Shown: one piece after another, positions 54,320-61,941 of the stretch
How the letters are laid out: every line of letters begins with the position of its first letter
Numbering within the stretch: the first letter of the stretch is position 1
Assembly: GCA_027339205.1 (NCBI GenBank)
Contig: DAHWOV010000114.1
Location: forward strand, 750 to 64,749
Length of the DNA: 64,000 nt
Origin: Acidimicrobiaceae bacterium
Lineage (GTDB): Bacteria; Actinomycetota; Acidimicrobiia; Acidimicrobiales; RAAP-2
Direction of reading: 5' to 3'
Notes under the pieces: generated by a model
The model's database searches: none
What the model was told of the DNA's origin: nothing
The model's input: the letters and a program-made list of their open reading frames with translations, nothing else
Made by a program: the position numbers and the translations under genes

Positions 54320-55344
54320 CCCAGCACGACGCCGCCACGACTGCGACCTCCTTCGACCTCACCGAGTGGACCACCTGCGGGGGCTGCGCGGCCAAGTGGG
54401 GCGCGGGACCGCTCGACCTGTTGCTCGCGACGCTCGCTTCCCGCCCCGGCGACGGGTCGCTCCTAGTCGGGCTCGACTCGTTCGACGACGCAGCCGTCCT
54501 CGCGCTCACCGAGGACCTCGCGCTCGTGTCGACGACGGACTTCTTCCCGCCGATGGTCGCCGACCCCGCCGACTACGGCGCCATCGCCGCCGCCAACGCG
54601 TGCAGCGACGTGTTCGCGATGGGGGGCAGCGTGGTGCTCGCGCTCAACATCGCGGCCTTTCCCGAGCACCTTCCCCACGAGGTGATCGACGCCATCGTCT
54701 CTTCCGCCGCGGCCGTCGTCGCCGAGGCGGGGGGCGTGGTCGCCGGGGGCCACACGATCCGCTCCCAGGAGCCGATCTTCGGCCTCGCGGTCCAAGGTCT
54801 GGTGCACCCCGCACGGATCCTCACCAAGCGCGCCGCCCACCCCGGCCAGGCGGTGGTCCTCTCCAAGCGGCTCGGCACCGGGATCGTCCTCCAGGACGGC
54901 ACCGACGAGGAGCGGCGGGCGACGGTGGCGGGCATGCGCCGGCTCAACAAGGAGGCGTCTTCGACCTTGCAAGCACTCGGTGCTGCCGTCGGCGCAGTGA
55001 CCGACGTGACGGGGTTCGGCCTCCTCGGGCACGGCTGGGAGGTGGCGGAGCGCTCGGGGGTGTCGCTCGTCCTCGAGGCCGACAGGCTCCCGCTCTACCC
55101 CGGCGCGCTCGATGCCGCCCGGCGCGGGGTGCGCACCGGCGGCGACCGCCGCAACCGCGACCACCTCGAAGGACGCGTCAGGTCGTCGGTCACAGCGGCG
55201 CGGGAAGCGCTGGCCTTCGACCCGCAGACCTCCGGTGGGCTGCTCGCGACGGTGGACCGCGACGTGCTGGCGGAGCTCACCGGCCGCGGGTTCGTGGCCA
55301 TCGGGACGGTGGAAGCGGGCCCTGCCGAGGTGCTGCTCACGTGA
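54316..55344 (+). CDS. selD: Selenide, water dikinase (selenophosphate synthetase), Cys-type
   Basis: The ATG at 54316 follows AAGGAG and overlaps the selB stop (ATGA). TTCGGCAAKWG is the catalytic Cys-x-x-Lys, with no in-frame TGA. It also has STTDFFPPMVADPADYGAIAAANACSDVFAMGG and AGGHTI. It is the 3' part of track ORF 52438-55344. Confidence 0.9.
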   Translation: MTQHDAATTATSFDLTEWTTCGGCAAKWGAGPLDLLLATLASRPGDGSLLVGLDSFDDAAVLALTEDLALVSTTDFFPPMVADPADYGAIAAANACSDVFAMGGSVVLALNIAAFPEHLPHEVIDAIVSSAAAVVAEAGGVVAGGHTIRSQEPIFGLAVQGLVHPARILTKRAAHPGQAVVLSKRLGTGIVLQDGTDEERRATVAGMRRLNKEASSTLQALGAAVGAVTDVTGFGLLGHGWEVAERSGVSLVLEADRLPLYPGALDAARRGVRTGGDRRNRDHLEGRVRSSVTAAREALAFDPQTSGGLLATVDRDVLAELTGRGFVAIGTVEAGPAEVLLT

Positions 55345-56714
55345 CGACCCCGACCGGAGGCGGCGGCGCGGCCGGGAGGTTCGACGGCGACGGCCGGCGG
55401 GGTGGCGCGGACGGCCGAAGCGGGAGCGGGGCGAGGTCCTCCGCACGCCCGCCGTCCGTCGACGCCCTGGCTCGGTCGATGGCGCCGAGCGGCCTCCCCC
55501 ACCCCGTGCTCGTCGACGCGGCGCGCGACGCGATCGCTGCAGGCGAGCCCACGAGCGCAGCCACACGCGTGGAGCGGTTCGCGGCGACGCTCCTTCGCCC
55601 CGTGATCAACGCCACCGGCGTCCTCCTCCACACCAACCTGGGGCGCGCGCCGGTGTCGGTCGCGCGCGGCGGTGAGCCTGCCCGGTTCGCCAACGTGGAG
55701 CTCGACCTCGAGACGGGACGCCGGGGGTCGAGGAGCGACCACGCCGCGCGGCTGCTCGCGCTCGCCGCGGGCGCAGAGGCCGCGCTCGTCGTGAACAACG
55801 GCGCGTCCGCGCTGCTGCTCGCGCTCAGCGCGCTGGCGGCGGGCACGAGGGTGCCGGTGAGCCGGGGCGAGCTCGTGGAGATCGGTGGCGGCTTCCGGAT
55901 CCCCGAGGTGCTCGCCGCCTCCGGAGCGACCCTCGTCGAGGTGGGGACGACCAACCGGACCCGTCTCGCCGACTACCGCGACGTCGTCACCGCTGCGGAC
56001 GGGGCGGTGGGCCTCGTCCTGAAGGTGCACCGGTCCAACTACCAGATGGTGGGCTTCACCCATGAGGTCGCCGTACGCGAGCTCGCGACGCTCGGGGTGC
56101 CGGTGGTCTTCGACATCGGATCGGGGCTCTTGGACGAGTCGACTCCGTGGCTCCGAGGGGGCCCGCCACCGTGGTTGCGCGGGGAGCCGGCGGCCCGGCA
56201 GGCGCTCGAGCAGGGTGCGGCGCTCGTGACGTTCTCGGGCGACAAGCTGCTCGGCGGGCCTCAGGCAGGCGTGATCGCCGGACGTCGCGAGCTCGTGCAG
56301 GCGTGCGCGCGCCACCCGCTCGCCCGCGCGCTCCGACCCGGGGGCCTCGTGCTCGAGGTGCTCCAGCAGACCGCCCTCGCCTATCTGCGCCGGGAGGGGG
56401 ACTACATCGCCTTCTGGCGGATGGCGCAGGTGCCCGTCGACGAGCTGCTCACACGCGCCCACGCGCTCGGGGTGGGCGAGGTGGTGCGCTGCTGCTCGGT
56501 CCCGGGCGGCGGCACGCTCCCGGGCCTCGAGCTCGACTCCGCGGGCATCGCGCTGGACGGTGACCGGACCGCAGCGCTCCGCCGGGCCGACGTCCCCGTC
56601 GTGGCACGGGTCCACCAGGGGCGAACGGTCTGCGACCTGCGCACGGTCGACCCGGCCGACGACCGCCTCGTCGCCCAAGCTGCAGCGGCAGCGCTCGGAG
56701 GCACCGGTCGGTAG
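55341..56714 (+). CDS. selA: L-seryl-tRNA(Sec) selenium transferase
   Basis: GTG at 55341 overlaps the selD stop (GTGA). INATGVLLHTNLGRAP, NNGASALLLAL, GELVEIGGGFRIPEV, the PLP-Lys region LVLKVHRSNYQMVGF, and TFSGDKLLGGPQAGVI. It is the 3' part of track ORF 53628-56714. Confidence 0.9.
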   Translation: MTTPTGGGGAAGRFDGDGRRGGADGRSGSGARSSARPPSVDALARSMAPSGLPHPVLVDAARDAIAAGEPTSAATRVERFAATLLRPVINATGVLLHTNLGRAPVSVARGGEPARFANVELDLETGRRGSRSDHAARLLALAAGAEAALVVNNGASALLLALSALAAGTRVPVSRGELVEIGGGFRIPEVLAASGATLVEVGTTNRTRLADYRDVVTAADGAVGLVLKVHRSNYQMVGFTHEVAVRELATLGVPVVFDIGSGLLDESTPWLRGGPPPWLRGEPAARQALEQGAALVTFSGDKLLGGPQAGVIAGRRELVQACARHPLARALRPGGLVLEVLQQTALAYLRREGDYIAFWRMAQVPVDELLTRAHALGVGEVVRCCSVPGGGTLPGLELDSAGIALDGDRTAALRRADVPVVARVHQGRTVCDLRTVDPADDRLVAQAAAAALGGTGR

Positions 56715-56755
56715 CCGGACCGCCTGCAGCCGGTGAGCCCAGGGGGGCGGGAAAG

Positions 56756-56797
56756 CGGGGGTCCGGGGGCGGGGTCCGGGGGCGGGGTCCGGGGGGC
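56756..56797 (+). repeat. G-rich 13-bp x3 tandem repeat (CGGGGTCCGGGGG) between convergent selA and parA-like genes
   Basis: Six consecutive G4-G6 runs are separated by 1-3 nt on the plus strand, which is a canonical G-quadruplex-forming pattern. It starts 42 nt after the selA stop. Confidence 0.7.
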
Positions 56798-56805
56798 GCG
56801 GCGAG

Positions 56806-57390
56806 TCAACGCCCCCGGCGCCGCAGGAGACGCCGGAGGACGTCGTCGTAGACCTCGATCCCCTCACGGCTCAGCCGGGCTTCAGGGCCACTCGCGATCG
56901 AGACGCGCTCGGGCACAACCGCCCAGATCGGGACCTGCTCGGCCTCCCACCAGGCGAGGGCCTGGGCGAGGTCGTTGGTGCCGAGCCTGGCCGCACAGAC
57001 GACGACCCCGTAGGGGATCTTCGACGGCACCATCTCGAGGGTCGCCACGACGCGCGAGAACTCGACGCCTCCCGCACGGGTCGGGATCACCACCGCGTCG
57101 GCACGCTCGATCGCCGCCCGGACGATCCGCTCGTCGCCAGGGGGGGTGTCGACCACTGCGAGCCCGTCGTGGCGCTCCATCGCGCGGGTGACCGTCCGCT
57201 CGGACGGCGCCTCGACGAGCTCGACCCCTTCGATCGGGCGCGCCTCGAGCCACTCGGCGGACGACGCCTGACGGTCGGCGTCGACGAGCAGGACCGGGTC
57301 CAAGCCGCGCTCGACGGCTGATGCGGCAAGGTAGACGGCGGTGGTGGTCTTGCCCACCCCACCTTTCACATTGCTCACGACGATGTTCAC
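56806..57390 (-). CDS. Small ParA/MinD-family ATPase (orphan)
   Basis: MNIVVSNVKGGVGKTTTAVYLAASA (deviant Walker A), LLVDADRQASS, VVDTPPG. At 194 aa it has the size of a plasmid-type ParA. No ParB-like or centromere-binding partner gene is adjacent. Confidence 0.8.
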   Translation of the reverse strand: MNIVVSNVKGGVGKTTTAVYLAASAVERGLDPVLLVDADRQASSAEWLEARPIEGVELVEAPSERTVTRAMERHDGLAVVDTPPGDERIVRAAIERADAVVIPTRAGGVEFSRVVATLEMVPSKIPYGVVVCAARLGTNDLAQALAWWEAEQVPIWAVVPERVSIASGPEARLSREGIEVYDDVLRRLLRRRGR

Positions 57391-57471
57391 GACCGGACCT
57401 GCTGGCGTAGGGACGGTGGCGAGTCTGCCGCGCGCCGCGGGACCCGTCCAGCCGGGGCGGGAGCCGGATCA

Positions 57472-57512
57472 CGTCGAGCTCGGGCAGCGTCGAGCTCGGG
57501 TAGCGTCCCGCT
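57472..57512 (+). promoter_or_regulatory. 16-bp x2 direct repeat plus TAGCGT -10-like hexamer positioned for a leaderless transcript of the LLM gene
   Basis: GTCGAGCTCGGGCAGC / GTCGAGCTCGGGTAGC. TAGCGT (57501-57506, TANNNT) ends exactly 6 nt before GTG 57513, and no Shine-Dalgarno is present. Confidence 0.3.
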
Positions 57513-58418
57513 GTGCGCTTCAGCATCTGGCCCACCACGTCGCAGTCCTGGGACGATTTCCACGAGGCGGCCGCCCACGCCGGGCGGACCGGGTGGGACG
57601 GCGTCTGGGCGGCGGACCATTTCATGCCCGCCTCGCCGCCCGTCGACCGGCCGATGCTCGAGTGCTTCACGGTGCTCTCGGCGGTCGCGGCGCTGGTGCC
57701 ACGGGTGCGGATCGGCTCGCTCGTCGCGGGCAACACCTATCGCCACCCTGCGGTCCTCGCCAACATGGTGGCGACCCTCGACCATGTGAGCGGCGGAAGG
57801 GTCGTCCTCGGCCTGGGTGCGGGATGGCAGGAGAACGAGCATGCCGCCTACGGCATCGAGTTCTCCGACGTGCCCGGGAGGCTTGCCCGCCTGGACGAGG
57901 CGTGCGCGGTGATGCGCCACCTCCTCGGCCACGAGACGAGGAGCGACTTCCAAGGGCGCTTCTACTCCCTCGCCGGCGCACCGGCCGAGCCCAAGCCGCT
58001 CCAGGCGCGCCTGCCGATCCTCATCGGCGGCGGCGGCGAGAAGGTGACGCTGCGGATCGCCGCGCGCTGGGCCGACGAGTGGAACACGTGGGGCAGGCCC
58101 GAGGTGCTCGCCGCCAAGGGGGCGGTCCTCGAGCGCCACTGCGAGTCCATCGGTCGGGATCCCGCAGAGATCTCCCGCTCCGCGCAGGTGCTCATCGAGC
58201 TTCCCGGCGACGCCAGTGAGCCGGGCACGCTCATGCCGCACCGTCGTGCCTATCCGAGCGTGTCAGGAGGTGTCGCGGAGATCCAAGATCTCCTCCATGC
58301 GTACGAGCAGGCGAAGGTCACCGAATTCGTGATGCCCGACTGGAACCTGGGAACGGGTCAGCGGCGCCAAGAGGCGATGGACCTGTTCATCGAGGAGGTG
58401 GCAGCGCCCTTCCGGTGA
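57513..58418 (+). CDS. Luciferase-like monooxygenase (LLM) family, probably F420-dependent oxidoreductase
   Basis: MRFSIWPTTSQSWDDFHEAAAHAGRTGWDGVWAADHFMP, VAGNTYRHPAVLANMVATLDHVSGGRVVLGLGAGWQENEH and LPILIGGGGEKVTLRIAARWADEWN are typical of the F420-dependent LLM subgroup. Confidence 0.85.
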   Translation: MRFSIWPTTSQSWDDFHEAAAHAGRTGWDGVWAADHFMPASPPVDRPMLECFTVLSAVAALVPRVRIGSLVAGNTYRHPAVLANMVATLDHVSGGRVVLGLGAGWQENEHAAYGIEFSDVPGRLARLDEACAVMRHLLGHETRSDFQGRFYSLAGAPAEPKPLQARLPILIGGGGEKVTLRIAARWADEWNTWGRPEVLAAKGAVLERHCESIGRDPAEISRSAQVLIELPGDASEPGTLMPHRRAYPSVSGGVAEIQDLLHAYEQAKVTEFVMPDWNLGTGQRRQEAMDLFIEEVAAPFR

Positions 58419-58521
58419 CGCTGACCGGCAAGGGGTCAACGACAGGCGGTCAACGCCAGAGGCGCCGGAAGCACCCCGGCCCTGCACGAGCCGACGCGAC
58501 GAGAGCGCCGCTCGCTCGAGC

Positions 58522-59877
58522 TCAGCGTGCGAGCGCCCCCATGGGGTCCCACGCCGGAAGGACGATCGGGTCCTGCTCGAGCGCCGTGCGTAGCTCGTCG
58601 CCCAGGAGCTCCCTCCTCGCGGAGATCTCGAAGACGTACTCGTCGAACCACGAGTCGTTCATGGTGTAGAACCCGTCCTTGCCCTTGTCGCTCCCCCAGC
58701 TGTTCTCGACGCGCCAGCGTCGCGGGTGGCCGTCGGCGAGGTCCACGCCGGTGAAAAGCATCGCGTGGGTCATCTGCGTCTCGTGGTAGAGGAGCCGGTT
58801 CGCCTTGTCGAGCGCGAACGGGGTGTCGTAGAGGGCAGCGAGGTCGAAGAGGCGTGCGTCCCAGATCCCGTAGTCGTTGCTCATCATCTTGCTGACGTCG
58901 CAGCCGAACCAGACCGGCTCGCCAGCCTCGAGGACCCTTGCCGCGATCGACTTCATGAGCGGCATCTCGACGTTGAGGTACGTGACCGGCGGGGCCCCCA
59001 CCACGTTGCCCAGGTACTCGACGGTGAACGTGCGTCCCATGGGGCTCGTCGGCCTCGGGTCATGGACGAGGCAGACGTACTCGGGGAGCGGGAGGTCGAC
59101 GTAGCGGCTGGCGAACTCCTGCGGGGTGATCTCGCCGTCCCTGTGGAAGTTCCGGTCCGAGTCGATCCACTGCCAGTCGAAACGCTCCGGCGGCGTGCCC
59201 AGGTGCATGCACAGCACCCGGTGGACGACGGCCAGGAGCTCGGCCTTCTCAGCTCGAGCGTCGTCCACCGAGCGTGTGCACGCCTCGCGCAGCGTCTTGG
59301 CGCCTTGGCGCATGACGTAGCGGAGCACCGAGTTCATCCGGCTCGTGTTGGAGGAGCTCTGCGTCTCCGGCATGAACGCCTTGGGGACGACCCCGTGCTT
59401 CTCCACGAGCGCGACGAACATGTTCCACTGACCGCCGTCGTTGGCCGCCGCGTCGAGGAGGAACGCGACGGTGCGGTCGTCGACCTCCCGAGCGGCGGTC
59501 TCGATGATCGCCTCGAAGAAGTAGTTCGCCCGCTCGAGCTTGTCCCAGAACATCGTGAAGTTCTGGGAGAATTCGAAGTCCTTCAGCCCCATCTTCTTCA
59601 TGGCTCCGACGCGGAGCAGGTTCAGCCCGGCAAACAGCCAGCAGCGCCCGCTTCGCTCCTGGTTGGTGACCTTCCAGTCGTCGAGCGAGATCGACAGCGC
59701 ATGGCCGGTGGTGTTGACGATGTCGCGGTTGACCGCGACCTCGTCGAGGCCGACCTTGGTGATGGCGTTCTGGGCCAGGCGGTAAACGGGGTTCGATACG
59801 AACTCCTTTCGGAGTAGCTCCAGCTCTTCGGCGTCGAGCGTCGGTTGCATCACGACCCCTTCCCTTGTCCCGGGCAT
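58522..59877 (-). CDS. pepC: Aminopeptidase C / bleomycin hydrolase (C1 peptidase family)
   Basis: 451-aa ORF with the catalytic Cys region VTNQERSGRCWLFAGLNLLR and the His region THAMLFTGVD..WRVENSWG. Confidence 0.9.
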   Translation of the reverse strand: MPGTREGVVMQPTLDAEELELLRKEFVSNPVYRLAQNAITKVGLDEVAVNRDIVNTTGHALSISLDDWKVTNQERSGRCWLFAGLNLLRVGAMKKMGLKDFEFSQNFTMFWDKLERANYFFEAIIETAAREVDDRTVAFLLDAAANDGGQWNMFVALVEKHGVVPKAFMPETQSSSNTSRMNSVLRYVMRQGAKTLREACTRSVDDARAEKAELLAVVHRVLCMHLGTPPERFDWQWIDSDRNFHRDGEITPQEFASRYVDLPLPEYVCLVHDPRPTSPMGRTFTVEYLGNVVGAPPVTYLNVEMPLMKSIAARVLEAGEPVWFGCDVSKMMSNDYGIWDARLFDLAALYDTPFALDKANRLLYHETQMTHAMLFTGVDLADGHPRRWRVENSWGSDKGKDGFYTMNDSWFDEYVFEISARRELLGDELRTALEQDPIVLPAWDPMGALAR

Positions 59878-60129
59878 CTGTTCGGTTGACCACTATGCAT
59901 CGACCCTCCACCTCTCCTCCAGTCCGGACGCCGCTCAGCACGGGCGGCCCCCGACCCATGATCCGCGCCTCGCCAGCTCCGGCCACGCCGGCGTCAAGGG
60001 TCCTTCGGTCCCTACGGGACCTCGGGCTCGCCCGCCGAACACGCCCCGACCCCCGCCCCCGCCGAACCCCCCCCGAACCACACCCCCACCGAACGCGCCC
60101 GTCCAATCCCCACCCACCCCCTTGGTACG

Positions 60130-61941
60130 GTGAGAGCCATGTCTTCGCTGCGCCGGCGATGGCGCGCGTCTTCGTACGCATCGCTCTACCGACTCCGTAC
60201 GTTCGTCCGGCCGTATCGCGCCCAAGTGGTCGTCATGCTCGTCTGCGCAGCCCTCGCCACCGCGGCCAGCACGGTGGTCCCCCTCATCTTGGAGGCCGTG
60301 ATCGACGGGCCGATCCAGCGTCACGACCGAAGCGCGCTCGTACCGATGTTCTTCCTTGCGCTGAGCCTCGGCATCCTCGAGGCGGCCCTCATCTTCGGAC
60401 GGCGCCAGGTGCAGTCGGTCGCCATCCAAAAGGTCGAACGCCAGATGCGCGACGACCTGTACTCACGGCTCCAGCGGCTCCCCGTCGAGTTCCATGACCA
60501 TTGGCAGACCGGCCAGCTGCTCTCTCGCGCCACGAGCGACCTCGGCACGATCCGGCGGTTCCTCGGCTTCGGGGCGATCTTCCTCGTCGTGGACTCGCTG
60601 CAGTACGGCGTCGTCATGGCCCTGCTCTTTGCGACCTACGTGCCGCTCGGCATCGTGGCGTTCGTCACGACGCTTCCTGTGATCTGGCTCGCCAAGGCGT
60701 TCGGCGGGCGCTACTCGCGCATCTCTCGGCGCGTCCAGGACCAGCAGGGGGATCTGGCGACGCTCGCCGAGGAGGCGGCCTCGGGGATGCGCGTCGTGAA
60801 GGCGTTCGGGAGAGCGCCGCTGATGCAGGAGAGGTACGGGTCTGCGGGGCGCACGCTCAGGAGCTCGAGCATCGAACTGGTGAAGATGCGGGGCCGCTTC
60901 TGGGGATGGCTCACGCTCGTACCGAACATCTCGATGGCGGCAGCAGTGCTGATCGGCGGGCTCGCGGTCGCGCACGGGTCGCTCTCGCTCGGGGCGCTCG
61001 TGGCGTTCACCACGCTGCTGTTCCTCCTGCAGTTCCCGATCATCGACCTTGGCTGGATCCTCTCGATGGCCCAGCAGGCGGGGACGGCCGCCGACAGGGT
61101 GGTCGAGATCTTCGACGCAGCGGTCACGGTCGACGACCGCCCCGGCGCGGTGTCGTTGGCACGAGCGACAGGACGGCTCAGCTTCGAGACAGTCGGCTTC
61201 ACCTACCCCTCGAGTGATCGAGCGGTCCTGCACGACGTGAACCTCACGATCGAGCCGGGAGAGACGGTCGCCGTCGTCGGCCTCACCGGTTCGGGCAAGA
61301 GCACGCTGGCCAGCCTCCCCAGCCGTCTCTACGACGTCACGAGGGGACGGATCGCGCTCGACGGCAGGGACATACGCGACATCACGCTGGACTCGTTGCG
61401 CACGCACGTGGCAGTCGCGTTCGAAGACCCGGTGCTGTTCTCGATGAGCGTGCGCGAGAACCTCGTTCTCGGGTGCCCGGACGCAAGTGACGACGAGATC
61501 GCCGCCGCCCTCGAGCTCGCGCAAGCCGACTTCGTCCACGATCTTCCCTGGGGGCTCGACACGAGGATCGGGGAGCAGGGGATGTCGATCTCGGGTGGGC
61601 AGCGTCAGCGCCTCGCGCTTGCACGCGCTGTCATCGCCAAGCCGTCCGTGCTCGTGCTCGACGACCCCTTGTCCGCCCTCGACGTCGAGACCGAAGCCCT
61701 GGTCGAGAAGGCGCTCGCGCAAGTGCTCCGGCACACGACGGCTCTCGTGGTCGTGCACCGGCCGTCCACGGTGGCGCTCGCCGACCGGGTGGCGCTGCTC
61801 CGAGACGGCACCCTCGTCGCCGTCGGCACGCACCACGAGCTGATGGAGCTCCCCGAGTACGCCATGGTGCTCTCCGCAGGCCCCACCCCCGGCCCCGCGG
61901 TCCCCACCCCCCACGCATCCAGCCGAGCGGCGACGCTGTGA
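60130..61941 (+). CDS. ABC exporter, fused permease/ATPase (heterodimer subunit 1)
   Basis: Six-TM exporter domain, Walker A GLTGSGKST, signature ISGGQRQRLALARA and Walker B VLVLDDPLSALD. The start is GTG 60130 or ATG 60139. Confidence 0.9.
   Translation: MRAMSSLRRRWRASSYASLYRLRTFVRPYRAQVVVMLVCAALATAASTVVPLILEAVIDGPIQRHDRSALVPMFFLALSLGILEAALIFGRRQVQSVAIQKVERQMRDDLYSRLQRLPVEFHDHWQTGQLLSRATSDLGTIRRFLGFGAIFLVVDSLQYGVVMALLFATYVPLGIVAFVTTLPVIWLAKAFGGRYSRISRRVQDQQGDLATLAEEAASGMRVVKAFGRAPLMQERYGSAGRTLRSSSIELVKMRGRFWGWLTLVPNISMAAAVLIGGLAVAHGSLSLGALVAFTTLLFLLQFPIIDLGWILSMAQQAGTAADRVVEIFDAAVTVDDRPGAVSLARATGRLSFETVGFTYPSSDRAVLHDVNLTIEPGETVAVVGLTGSGKSTLASLPSRLYDVTRGRIALDGRDIRDITLDSLRTHVAVAFEDPVLFSMSVRENLVLGCPDASDDEIAAALELAQADFVHDLPWGLDTRIGEQGMSISGGQRQRLALARAVIAKPSVLVLDDPLSALDVETEALVEKALAQVLRHTTALVVVHRPSTVALADRVALLRDGTLVAVGTHHELMELPEYAMVLSAGPTPGPAVPTPHASSRAATL

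Noticed and set aside
51260-57520. A search for tRNA-Sec (selC) and for a TGA-containing selenoprotein gene near the sel operon.
   Set aside because: By eye, no intergenic segment on either strand shows a UCA anticodon loop within a plausible 8/5 acceptor/T-arm fold, and no in-frame-TGA ORF pair is evident. This is a manual scan, so it needs a software check.
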